A stretch of 64,000 nucleotides of DNA, from positions 1 to 64,000 of the forward strand of contig QPMI01000288.1 in assembly GCA_004431415.1 (NCBI GenBank), given 5' to 3'. This document shows positions 37,296-47,891 of the stretch, piece by piece. Under the pieces are notes generated by a model. It ran no database searches. It saw nothing but the letters and a program-made list of their open reading frames with translations, and was not told where the DNA came from. This stretch comes from Cyanophora paradoxa CCMP329 (Eukaryota; Plantae; Glaucophyta). The translations under genes and the position numbers were made by a program. The stretch's first letter is position 1. Every line of letters starts with the position of its first letter.

Positions 37296-38074
37296 TCAGA
37301 ATCGGATGAGCGGCTTCGGCGGCGGAGAGGAGCTCTTGCCGTCCTTTGGGGGAGCAGGAGGGGGCAGCAGCTTGAGCCTCCGCTGCGCCTGGGAGCCGGC
37401 CGCGGACTCATCTATCGCTGTACTGAGATCGGCCTCCGACGCCTCCACGTATTTTGCGAAAATCTGCGTGATCAAATTTCAGCGCGGCGTCGCTGGGACG
37501 ACCGCTGCGCGTGCCAAGCGCACGGCGATCAAATCGCACCTTGAGCACGTCGGAGCGGATGGAGGCAATGATCTCGAGCGCTTCCACTGCCTGCTCTTGC
37601 TGCGATTTGGAGTCGTCGTACTCCACGTAGCGCGCCAGGAGCTCCGCGATCTCCTTCTCCACGCGGGCGAGCACGTCCGGGCTGAGATCTGTCCTATCCG
37701 ACGCGATAATTGCGCGAGCCCGCGCCTTCATTGGATCAACGCTTCCACGGAAGCGACCCGCCGCCTGCTTTGTCTGGATCCCGCCCGTGCGCTGCACGAC
37801 AACGGCGCGGACTTTGTCCCAGAAGCTCAGAAACGGCGGAGTTGCCGACGCGACCGGGACGAAGATTGTTGGTGCTGGGGATGATTCGCAGCTCCTCCTG
37901 CAGGCGCTCCGTCGCCTCGGCGCCTGCCTGCGGCCAGTCGGCCGTCGCGCGAGCGGGAGGCGGCGAGAGCGGCGGGAACCTGTGCGCAGATGCTCCCGGC
38001 GCCTGCAAACCATCGATGCGGCGCCTGGAGACTCCCGGCAGGGCGGTGGCGGGCACGAAGAGTGAGGGAACCAT
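37296..38074 (-). CDS. minE: Nucleus-encoded MinE-like division-site determinant with transit-peptide-like N-terminus, 3 exons
   Basis: Spliced: MVPSLFVPATALPGVSRRR...FLSFWDKVR...KARARAIIASDRTDLSPDVLARVEKEIAELLARYVEYD...IRSDVLKIFAKYVEAS...KPLIRF*. Matches the cyanobacterial MinE pattern K.R...IA.DR.DL.P..L......I...V.RYVE. Confidence 0.8.
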
Positions 38075-38167
38075 CCGCTGCGGACTTTGTCCCAGAAGCT
38101 CAGAAACGGCGGAGTTGCCGACGCGACCGGGACGAAGAATGCTGGTGCTGGGGATGATTCGCAGCTC
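37807..38167. repeat. 88-bp direct duplication (37807-37894 and 38080-38167, two mismatches)
   Basis: gcggactttgtcccagaagctcagaaacggcggagttgccgacgcgaccgggacgaaga.tg.tggtgctggggatgattcgcagctc occurs twice. Confidence 0.95.
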
Positions 38168-38224
38168 GTCCGGCAGACTTTGAAGTGCGGCGCTGGGGTA
38201 CATGCTCGGCGGCGCACTCGACCG

Positions 38225-39139
38225 ATGCATCACCTCGCGCTCGCCGGACCGCCTCTAGTCGCGGGGCTGGCCCTTGCGTTCGTCATCGGGTGTGCCGCGC
38301 GAGTCCCGCACCGCCTCGCCCAAGACATGACCCGCGTTTCAGGTATTTCGCCCACAGCTTTTTCGGTGGCGACATCACGGGCGATGAGGCGCCTCCCAGC
38401 AGCTGGACGCCTGGCGAGGAGTATAAGCTCGTGCGGCCCATGGCGCGAGCGGAATGCGCTGCAGCCGGCTCTGAGGGCTGCGCGCCTGCAGGTTCTCTGT
38501 GTGCGCCAGGATCTGAAGATGACATCGGGCAAGGTTCCGCATCGCGTCTAACGCCGATCTCCCGCCGCTCCGCCCCGACTCGCCGCGCTGCAGATTGCGG
38601 CCCAGTGCAGCCACGCGACGCTAGGCGCCTACAAGAAGGGCATCAAACGCGGCCGCGCGAACGAGATCCAATCCTGGTCGACGCCCGTTCGCTCGTCGTC
38701 TCTCGAATTGCGTTGTGCTGACCCTGCGACGCGCCAAGGGAGTGGAGCGGCCAGCCCAAGATCGCCGTGCGCGTGCAGAACGAGAAGGAGATGCTGGAGC
38801 TCGAGCGCAGGGCACGCCAGGCTGGCATAGACACCTACATCGTTCGCTCCGCCCCACCGTCCGCCGCCCCTGGGCAGCCGCCGACGCCGCCGCGTGCCCC
38901 GGCAGGTCTGCGACGCGGGCCGCACGCAGATCAAGGCGGGCTCCAGGACCGGTGCGCCCCTCTGCCACGGCCCCTACGCCTGTCGCTTCGCTCACCCTCG
39001 CGCCCTGCCGGGAACCCAGTTCTCGCCGTCGGGCCCGGTGCGATGTCTTTCCTCCGATTCCTTCCCCTGGCCTCACGGTCTCCCCGCAGCTCCCAAGCGC
39101 GCTGTCGACGCCGTGACTGGCCATCTAAAGCTCTTGTAG
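38225..39139 (+). CDS. PTH2: Peptidyl-tRNA hydrolase 2 with N-terminal membrane anchor
   Basis: [77 protein letters not shown]. Confidence 0.96.
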
Positions 39140-39259
39140 GCTACTTTGTAGCACCCTGGGACCCCGCTTTTTGAGTGTCACAGTGTTCCCTCGCCCGTGT
39201 GCCCTCGCGGGGGAGAGGGAGGCCGGCGGCTGTGGCTCGCGCGCTTGCACACCGGCGTG

Positions 39260-40335
39260 CTACAGGGTGCCCATGGAGCACGCGGAGCGCGGGCTGGACT
39301 CCGAGCAGGGGCTCTCCTCCCCGCCGGCGCCCCCGCGCGGCGTGGCCGGCATGCTGTGGCACGCGAGGCCGGCGTCGGGGACCGCGAGGAGGCCGCCGAG
39401 GCCGTTCGCGGCCGCCCCGACGGCGGCGAGGTCGGCGTCGCGCTCGCGCTCGGGGCCGGCCTCGGCGCGGGGGGCGACGAGGGTCCCCCGGCGCTTGATG
39501 GCGGCGAGGCGGTGCTCGGACTGGCGCCGCCCGCGCTCCTCCCAGAGCGCCCGCTGCTTCGCCACCGTCGCCGGCGAGAGGATCCCCGAGTTCTTGCGCG
39601 GCAGGCCCAGCGTGTTCCGCCGCCGCGAGCCCGAGTTGCTGCCGCTGCCGCCGTCGGGCCCGCCGCTCGCCGAGCTCCCGCACGTGCTGTCCCGCTCGCG
39701 CTCCCGCTCCCGCTCGCGCTCCTCGTCCTCGGGGGAAAGCTTGAAGACGAGGCTGGGGACGCGCTTCGGCGCCAGGCGCGCGGGGAGGGCCGAGGCGGGG
39801 GACACGGCCGCCCCCGCCGCCACGAGGTCGGCGAGGGACTGCGGGCGCGGCTGCTGCGATCCCGAGCGCGAGCCCGAGGGGGCCGGGGCCGGCGCGGGGG
39901 AGGCGGCGGCGGGCGGCTCGGGGGCGGAGGGCGGGGCGAGGGAGAAGGCGGAGGCGGCGGAGTCGCAGGGGCTGTCGAGCCTGTGCACGCCCGGGACGAT
40001 GACCGCCGCGTCGCTCTCCCCCGAGCTGTCCAGCTTGCGCACCCCGGGCTCGAGCCCCAGGCTGCCCCGCCGCGCCCCCGCCCCCATCGACCCCTCCGTC
40101 CCGAAGCTCGACCGCCGGTTGCCTGCGTGCGACGAGGCCGACGTCGCCATCGGGAGCGGTGGCTCCCCCGGCCCGCCGCCTGTGCCGGCGCTCCCCAGGC
40201 TCAGCGCCATCGCCACCCCCGCCCGCGCCTCCTCCGAGAGATCGGGCAGCGCCGGCCGCGGGCTCAGCGGCGGCGTCCCGCCGCCGCAGCCGCTGCGCGC
40301 GCCTCGGCCTCCGCCTCCTCCTCGGCCTCGGCGGC

Positions 40336-40367
<32 letters not shown>

Positions 40368-42715
40368 CGAACTCGTCCGAGTCGTCGATGTAGTAGAGCG
40401 CGCCGTCGTCGCCCTCGACCCAGCGCCCGCGCCCGCGCGAGCCTGCCGCCGCGGCAGGTGGCACGCCGGCCCAGCGTCCGCGCGCTCTGCTCCTCCTCCG
40501 CGTGCGTCAGCGCCGCCGCGAGCCGCCGCAGCGCCCCCTCCATCTCCGCCATGCTCGCCGCGCTGCGGGCGGGGCCGCTGAGCTCCCGCGCCCCCCCTCC
40601 CCCCGCGCTCCCTTGCGCGCACCTGAAGGCGGCCCGCACGAAGGGCGACGGCTGCCCCGACGGCGAGCAGGCGCGGCCCGGCAGCTGCGCGACGGCATCG
40701 CGTTGGTAAGAAAGGACGCCGAGGCGCCGAGGCGGCGGGGCGGGGCGGGGCGGGGCGGGGGCGCACGAGGACGACGCCGTGGGCGCGGCGGGCCTCCTCG
40801 AGCAGCGGCCCCGAGTCCTCCACCCCTTCCAGCTGCCCCCGCCTCAGCGCGAGAGAAGAGGAGGAGCAGGAGGCGGCGCCCCCTCCCCACCTTGATCCAG
40901 AAGAAGAGGCCCCCGACGGGGGCGCGCCACGAGGCGAGGCCCGTCAGGTGCTTCTCGCAGATCGCGTCGAACGTGTCCCGCCGCTTCCGGTACTCCTCCT
41001 GCACGCACCTGTACCCCCCGCTCACGGCCCGTGGAGCGCGGGGCGGGGAGGAGGAGCGCGGGGGCACCGGATCTGCTGGAGCCAGCCGGAGGGGCCCCAG
41101 CGGTTGAGGAGGGCGGCGGCGACGACCTGGCTCACCCCCGAGGCGTGCATCGTCGAGGCCTGCCGCCGCGCCCGCCCCGCCCCCGCTCAGCCCGGGGCCC
41201 GACAGCAGCTCGGCCGGGGTCGAGGCGCGCCTGCTGGTGCGCCAGCACCCGCTCCATGATCTCCCGCGGGCCCGTCGCCCACCCGAGGCGCAAACCTGCG
41301 CCGGCGCCGCCAGGTCGGAGGGGGGCCCCTTCTGCTCCCCCCAACCCGCGATCAAGGGCGGGGTACCGGGTGCGAAGACGAAGGAGAGGGAGTCGATGCG
41401 GACGACGCGGCCGGCCGTGTCGAGGGAGAGGAGGCTCGGCAGCTCCGACAGCTGCTCCGAATCTGGGGGGGGACGCTCGGAGGGGGCGGGATGGAGCGGC
41501 GGCGGGGGGGCGGGCGGGCACCGAAGGGGAGGTCGAGCTGGAGGAAGTAGTAGGGGTCGTCCTCGATCACCAGCAGGTCGTACCTGCGCCCGCATCAGCG
41601 GAGGGGGGTGGGGGGGATGGCAGCGGGGGTACGGGCGCACCGGGAGGCGACCTCGAGGAGGGTGAAGCGGCGCTCGAAGGAGAGGGAGCGCCCCGTCGGG
41701 TTCTGCGCCGTCGGGCAGCAGTAGAGCACGCGGGGCAGGGGGCCCTGCGCCCCCGGCTCGAAGAGGGAGGGGGCGGGGGGCGGGGGCGGGGGCGGGGGCG
41801 GGGGGCGGGCCTCGCTCCAGGTGCCCAGCATGCGGTCCAGCTCGTCCACGTCCATCCCGTCCTTGTCGCAGCGCACCCCTGCGCCCCCGTCGCGCCCCGT
41901 CCCCGCCCCGCCGCCCCGCCCCGCCGCCCCGCCCCGCCGCGAGCCCCCCGCACCGTGGATCTTGCAGCCGAGCGGCCGAAGGGCGGAGAGGGCCCCGGGG
42001 TACGTCTGCGGGGCGGGCGGAGTGGGTTGGGGGCGGGCCTCCCCGGGGGCGGGGGGTGTGGGGGTGTAGGGGGGGTACGGCGCACGGGATCCTCAACAAG
42101 AACCGAGTCCCCCTCGTCGATCAGAGCGTCAAACACCTTGCTCAGCGCGTCCAGGCTGTGGAGCGCAGCCGGGCGCTCAGAGCGGGTCGAGGGCCAAACG
42201 CGCCCCGGGCGGGGGTAGGGGCGGGGCGGGCGGGCGGGGCGCGCCTGCCGTCCGTGACGGCGATGCGGGCCTGGCCGCGCCCGCTGCGCTCGGCGAGTCC
42301 GTGCTCGCTCCGCATGAGGCCCTCGATCCAGGAGAGGAGCGCGGGGAGGCCCGCCGACGCCGAGTACTGCAGCGCCTGCGCCGGCGTGTGGGCGGCCGGC
42401 ACCGCGAGCCTTGCGCGAGCGCCCCGGTGGCACGCGCGAAGGACGAACCGCGTCCAGCTCCCTCAGAGAGAGCGTGATGATCTCGTCGTCGACAGTCGTG
42501 AAGGAGAGGCCGGTCACCGGGAACGTGTCGGGCTGCGGAAGGCCTGCCGCCAGCGAGACCAAGTTCTCGGCCTCCGCAATCTCGTGCGCGGCCTGCGCAG
42601 GCGCGCGTGCCCACCGGTGAGCCGCGCCGACACGCTTAGGAGGCCGGGGCCGAACCACTATGGCTGACGGCTCCCTCCGCTTCGCCCTCCTTGAAAGGAA
42701 CCGATCGTATTCCAT
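39260..42715 (-). CDS. Class I PLP aminotransferase homologue (KAT II/AADAT/Aro8-like) with Lys-to-Phe at the PLP site and a long disordered C-terminal tail
   Basis: MEYDRFLSRRAKRREPSAI, LVSLAAGLPQPDTFP, ALQYSASAG, PTAQNPTG, LLVIEDDPYYFL, RIDSLSFVFAPGLRLGW, PVGGLFFWIK, FVRAAFS; the frame stays open to 39260. Confidence 0.88.
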
Positions 42716-43127
42716 GATGCAGACCTTCTACTTTCTGAAGCTAGATGCTGCTCCGGGCGCCCGCGGGGATTGCCCGCGGCCGGGCGATTCGAACGCTGAG
42801 GGCGGATAGGCGCGGACTGTAAGCTCGACTGACGACTGGTCTGTGCTGAAGCTGGTGCAGGGCCGCCGGGCTGGCGGGCTTCCTTGTCCTTCCGTGATCC
42901 TCGACAGCGGACCCTCCAGTGCTCGAAGTGATTTGTGGTCTGTGCTGCGAAGGCTCGAAGCGCGTCTAGCGCGGCGGATCGAACGGCTTGCCACTCTGGC
43001 ACCGTACCCCCCTCACTCCCGGCTCTTTCTTCACTTCCGCTCTGGCCTCTGTGCTAAGTTTCTCTTAGCTCTTTCTTCTTAGCTGGCCTCTGTGCTTCGA
43101 TATCGGCTGCGCGTGCAGCTTGGGCGC

Positions 43128-44542
43128 ATGAGCGTCTCGAACGAGCCGGCGGAGCTCTTGCGGTCTCTGTTTGATTGCCACAACCATGTATGCGAGCTCG
43201 CCGCTTCATGCCGCGGGCGCTTACCGCACCCTGCAGATCATCGACGATGGCGCAGGTGCGTGTACACGCGACCACCTTCCACCAGGCCCACGCCGAGCAC
43301 CGGCGCGGCAGAGGCCCTCGCCGGCATTGAGGCAATTGCCTGCCGTCGGATGTGTGTGATGAGCTGCCGTCCCTCGGATTTCGCTTCGACCGCGCGCCTC
43401 GCCGCTGCTCACGGAGAGCGGATAGTTCCTGGTCCGTTCGTAAAAGAAAGACGCTAGCCTGCATCCTTCTGAGCCGTCCGGCGCTCGCGCAGCCTTCGGA
43501 GTGCATCCCTGGTTCGCGCACACTCTGCGGCCCGGCGACCCGGACGCAGTCGACGCGAGCACGCTCGCGGAGTGGGATTCGATGCTCCGCGGCGCGCTCG
43601 CCGCCAACCCCCGCGCGATCGTCGGAGGCGCGCCCTCGCGGCCCGGGCCCCGGCGCCCCGCACGCGCCGCCTCACGCGCCGGGGCGGGGCGGGCAGAGAT
43701 CGGGCTGGATAAGGCGGCGAAGATCCCGGGGCGGGGAGAGTGCGACTTCGCGCAGCAGCTCGCCGTCTTCCGCAGGCAGCTCGCCATCGCCGCGGCGCGC
43801 TTCCCGCCCGCTTCGCATTCGCGCGCGCTAGAATCTGATCTGGGGCGCAGGAGCTGCGCCGCCCCGTCAGCATGCACTGTGTCCGCGCGATGGGGCCGGC
43901 CACCGAAGTCCTTCGCGAGCTCGCGGCCCGGGGCCAGCTGCCCCCGCGCGTCATGTTCCACAGCTACACCGGTACCCCCTGACCCCTGCGCCCTTTCTCC
44001 TTTCCCCCATCCTTCCCCCAACCCGGTACCCCACAGGCTCCCCAGACGCGGTAAACCAGCTCCGAAAGATCAGCCGGGCCGCTGAGGAGCGCTTCTATTT
44101 CAGCTTCTCGGAGGTAGCATACCCTCCCGGGCGCCCCCTTTCCCCCTCCCCCCCCCCCCTCCCCCCAAAGAAAATGTTTGAGCTTAGCTTGGCAAGCCGG
44201 GAGGCAGGCATCGCCCTCCGGGTGCGAGGCAGCGCGAGGGCTCTCACCCGGCGGCCCCGGCAGGCGCTGAACGGGCGGAGCGGGAAGGGGGCGGCGGCGG
44301 TGGCGGCGGTGCCCGACGACCGCCTCCTCATCGAGTCCGACCTGCACCGCACCCCCGCCATCGACCCCGCCATGGTCCTTTCATTCGCGCTTCGATCGAG
44401 CTCAGTGCCGGTCGAGGCCGACGCGGCGCGGGGCGCGCAGGCCGGCTCCCTGCGCCTCGTGGCGGAGGCCAAGGGCTGGAGCCTCGCCGAGGCGGCGCGC
44501 CGCACGCGGGAGAACGCAGAGCGCTTCTTCGCCTGGGACTAG
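43128..44542 (+). CDS. TatD-family metal-dependent nuclease
   Basis: LFDCHNH, FGVHPWF, IVGEIGLDK, FRRQLAIA, RPVSMHCV, MFHSYTGS, YFSFS, PDDRLLIESD, RENAERFF. Confidence 0.93.
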
Positions 44543-44761
44543 CTGCAGCCCGCGCTCCTCCCGAGCTGTACAGTTTGTTTCAAGGTTCCATGTGCCACTA
44601 GTCCTATAGCTACAACTGTTGACACCATGGCCAGGGAGGTCAGCTGGTGAGCCTTCGTTCTTCCAAGAATACAATCGATATATCGATACGGGAGGGAGCG
44701 GGAATTCGAAGAGGCGGGCGGATCGGGATGGCGGGGGGCTGTTGGGTGCCGGTGGAGGGGG

Positions 44762-45756
44762 CTACTGGGTGCCGGTGAGGCGCCTCAAGCAGGAGATCGC
44801 CTGAGGCATGTGCTCCTTGGCGTTGATCAGGGCATTGAACGCCAGCTGGACCTTGCCCGACTTGTCCACGACGTACGTCACACGCTCCGTCGTCAGCCTG
44901 GCGGGGTGCCGCATCAGAAGTGCGGGGCAGCGGGGGCCGGCGGGGGGTACGGCCTCACCCGAGCATGGCAGAGCCGACTTTGAACTGCTTGTGCAGCTCC
45001 TTGTTCTGGTCGCAGAGGAGCCGGAAGGGGAGGCTGTGCTTCGTCTGCCGCGGCCGTCGGCACGGCGCACCTTGGCGGGCGGGACGGGTACCACGGACCT
45101 GGAACTCGGCGTTCTTCTCTGGCGAGTCGCGGCTGACACCGAAAACCTGCAAGGGCGTCTCGGGGCGCGTCGGGGCGCAGAGTGGGCTTGGGCGCGCCTC
45201 GGCCTTGAGGGGCTTGAATGCGCCGATGCTGTCGCGGAAGCTGCAGGCCTGCTGGGTGCAACCTGCTTTGCATCAGGCGTTGCAACAAAAAGCGCATAGG
45301 AAGGAAGACAGGCCCGTAGTCATGGCTTTCGGGTAGAAAAATAGGACCAAGAAGTCGACGTTGGGGCGCGAGAGGACCTCCGAGAGGGTCACGGGCTGGC
45401 CCGTGCTGTCCGGGACAGTGCTGCGCATCCAGGCGGCCCGTTCAGCATGGGGCTGCACGTGCAGCGGGGCGCGCGCATAGAATCCGACGCGCGGGGCCGC
45501 GCAGAGCCTTTCAGGAAGACAATCGATTAATCCGGATCCGGCACGGGTGCTCAGCGCGGCGCGCGCGGCCCGGCCGAATCGGAGCCGGGTTTCGGGTGGG
45601 GCGTTCGAGAAGCAGCGGCGGGGCGGGCGGGGGCATTCTGGACGCATACACGCGCATTCTAGCTGCAGGCATTCTAGATGCGGGCATTCTAGATGCGGGC
45701 CGGTGCGGGGCTTCGCACATGTTCAGCGGGGCTTGCTCGCCGACATGCAGAACCAT
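44762..45756 (-). CDS. Peroxiredoxin Q / BCP
   Basis: VGEQAP, VLFFYPKAMTTGCTQQACSFRD (CxxxxC), VFGVSRD, LPFRLLCD, RVTYVVDKSGKV. Confidence 0.95.
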
Positions 45757-45885
45757 GTTTGAATTTTTTACTAAGCCGGCTGATGCACGACACGGATTTC
45801 TGATGCGCGTGCTTCGCGATGTCGTGACTGTCGTATGCCGTACCCGGGCAGCCTCAGGTCTCTGCATTCCTGCTGTAATCCTGCG

Positions 45886-47592
45886 ATGGTTGGCACCAGC
45901 ACCGCGAGCGGGAGCGATGCGTGCGCGGGGAGCGAGGAGCTGGACGCGCTCTTGCGAATGATCGAGGCGGTCGCGGTGGAAGCAGCCCAGTGCGTTCCCC
46001 GGCCACTTGCTTGCTCCAGCGGCGTCAAAGCCTCGATTCGCAAGCTGATTCCGCTCCCGCCCTACCCCAGGGAGGCCGGCAACTACTTCCTCACGCGCTG
46101 CGGCAGGTGCTAGCTAGCGCGAGTTACGGGCTGCCCTCCTCGCCGCGCGTAGCCGATCATGCTGGGCGAGCGGTTGTGCTGACGCTCACCGCTCACAGCA
46201 CCGCGGCGCAGTCGAACAAGAACCCGGTCGATATCGTGCGCGCGCGCCCACGCCTCTCCCTTTGCCGCGCTGGCGAGCGAGGCGGCGCGCAGGTGACGGA
46301 GGTGGACCAGCATAGCGAAAAGATCATCAGGGGGCACATAGCGAGGGCATTCCCGCACCACGCGGTGCTCGGGGAGGAGGGCGTAGAGCCTGGCGCCGCC
46401 GCCGCGAGTAAGCCTGCCGCACCCGCCCCGTCCCGCCCCGCCCCGCCCGATCCGACTGCCCCCGGTCCGCAGCGCGGGCGCTTCAGGGGGTGAGCGATGC
46501 GGAGTGGCTCTGGGTGGTCGACCCACTGGCGAGCCGCCCCGCCCTGCTCGAGCTCGCCCGGCGTACCCCCCTTCGCCGCTAACCCCCCTCCAGGACGGGA
46601 CGCTGAACTTCGTGCACGGGATGGACCTGTACGTCGTCTCGATCGCCGTCGCCCACCGCGGGGCCGTTGTGGTCCACGAGCCCCTCCCCCCTCCCCCCCC
46701 CCCCCCCCCCCTCCCCTTCCCTCCTCTGTCTAGTTCGAGTACGGGGCCGGCCGGTCCGGGCGGGGCGCAGGTGGGCGTGATTTACGACCCGCACCGGAAA
46801 GAGACCTTCACGGCGCGGCGCGGCGGCGGCGCCTTCCTCAACGGCACGCGCATCGCTGTACCCCGCACGGACTCCCTCCTCCAGGTCCCCCGACAAAAAC
46901 TTCCAGGAGCTCAGAGGCTCAAATCTGACTCAAATTTCTGCAGTCGATCCTGGCGGTGGGGTTCCCCAGTGACCACCTCCGCATGCGCCCCGCCATGTGG
47001 TGAGGCCGGCCGCGCCGTACCCGCGCCACCTCGCATGGCGCGACCGGCTAGCTTTCCACAAGACCTGTAGCGCTCCACGCGCCCCGCCCACGCCCTCGCA
47101 GCCGGGGCATATCAGAACTCGCGCCCCGCACGCGCTCCCTCCGCTGCACAGGTGCCCCTCCTCGTGCTTGTGCCCCGCTTCTTGTCGGCCTTTCTTTGAG
47201 CGGTCGCGTGCGCAGGCTCGGCGTGCGTGCACCTCAGCTGGCTCGCCTGCGGGCGCATCACCGCCTTCTGGGAGGCTCGTGCACCCCCTCCCCGCGGCCT
47301 CCTGGAGCCCCGTCGCGACGGCGGGGCCAGGTGGATTTGAATGCGTGGGACATCGCTGCGGGGTCGCTGCTGGTGCAGGAGGCGGGGGGCACGGTCACCG
47401 ACACGCGCGGGGAGCCGTACAGGTGCCCTCCTCATCCCCGTCCCCGCCGCCGCCGCTTCCCGCTGGCCTCAGGGGGCGGGCAGCCTGAGGGTGCGGCACG
47501 TGCTGGCGTCGAACGGGCGCATACACGGGGAGCTCGTGGGGGCCCTCGCCGCCGCCCGCGCCACGGGCTTCGAGGAGGCCGCCCCCACATAG
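45886..47592 (+). CDS. Inositol monophosphatase family protein (alternative in-frame ATG at 45835)
   Basis: [66 protein letters not shown]. Confidence 0.95.
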
Positions 47593-47891
47593 CACCGCCC
47601 CCGCCCCCACGCCCATCCTGCCCGCCTCCGTGCAGCTCCTCGCTCAGTTCCAGGGTTTGTACATGTGTTTCTATGCAGCGCAGTTTGAATGCTCTCGAGG
47701 AGCAGCTCTAGTACCGAGCGAAGGCCTACACTGTCGATGAGGGTCCTCAAGGGTCCTGCCTTACGAGTTCATATCCAGACCCATAGCTAGCTAAAGAGCG
47801 CGTTAAATCGTGAGCTTGTCGACGTCCAAATCGAAGCTGAAGCTTATCGATATCTAGATCTGTACATACAATTCGCTGCCGTGGCCGGAGT

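Noticed and set aside
43020-43100. Short duplication GCTCTTTCTTC...CTGGCCTCTGTGCT upstream of TatD
   Set aside because: A two-copy local duplication with no further structure; not enough to call a regulatory element.
45500-45570. TPP riboswitch-like string on the minus strand (CTGAG..ACCCG..GATCCGGATTAAT)
   Set aside because: It lacks the complementary P5 strand and the GCG.AGG segment, and the host gene is unrelated to thiamine.
21019-47592. Bacterial origin or contamination suggested by the histidine kinase, MinE, TatD, BCP and IMPase
   Set aside because: All carry spliceosomal introns like those of their eukaryote-specific neighbours, and there is no operon structure.
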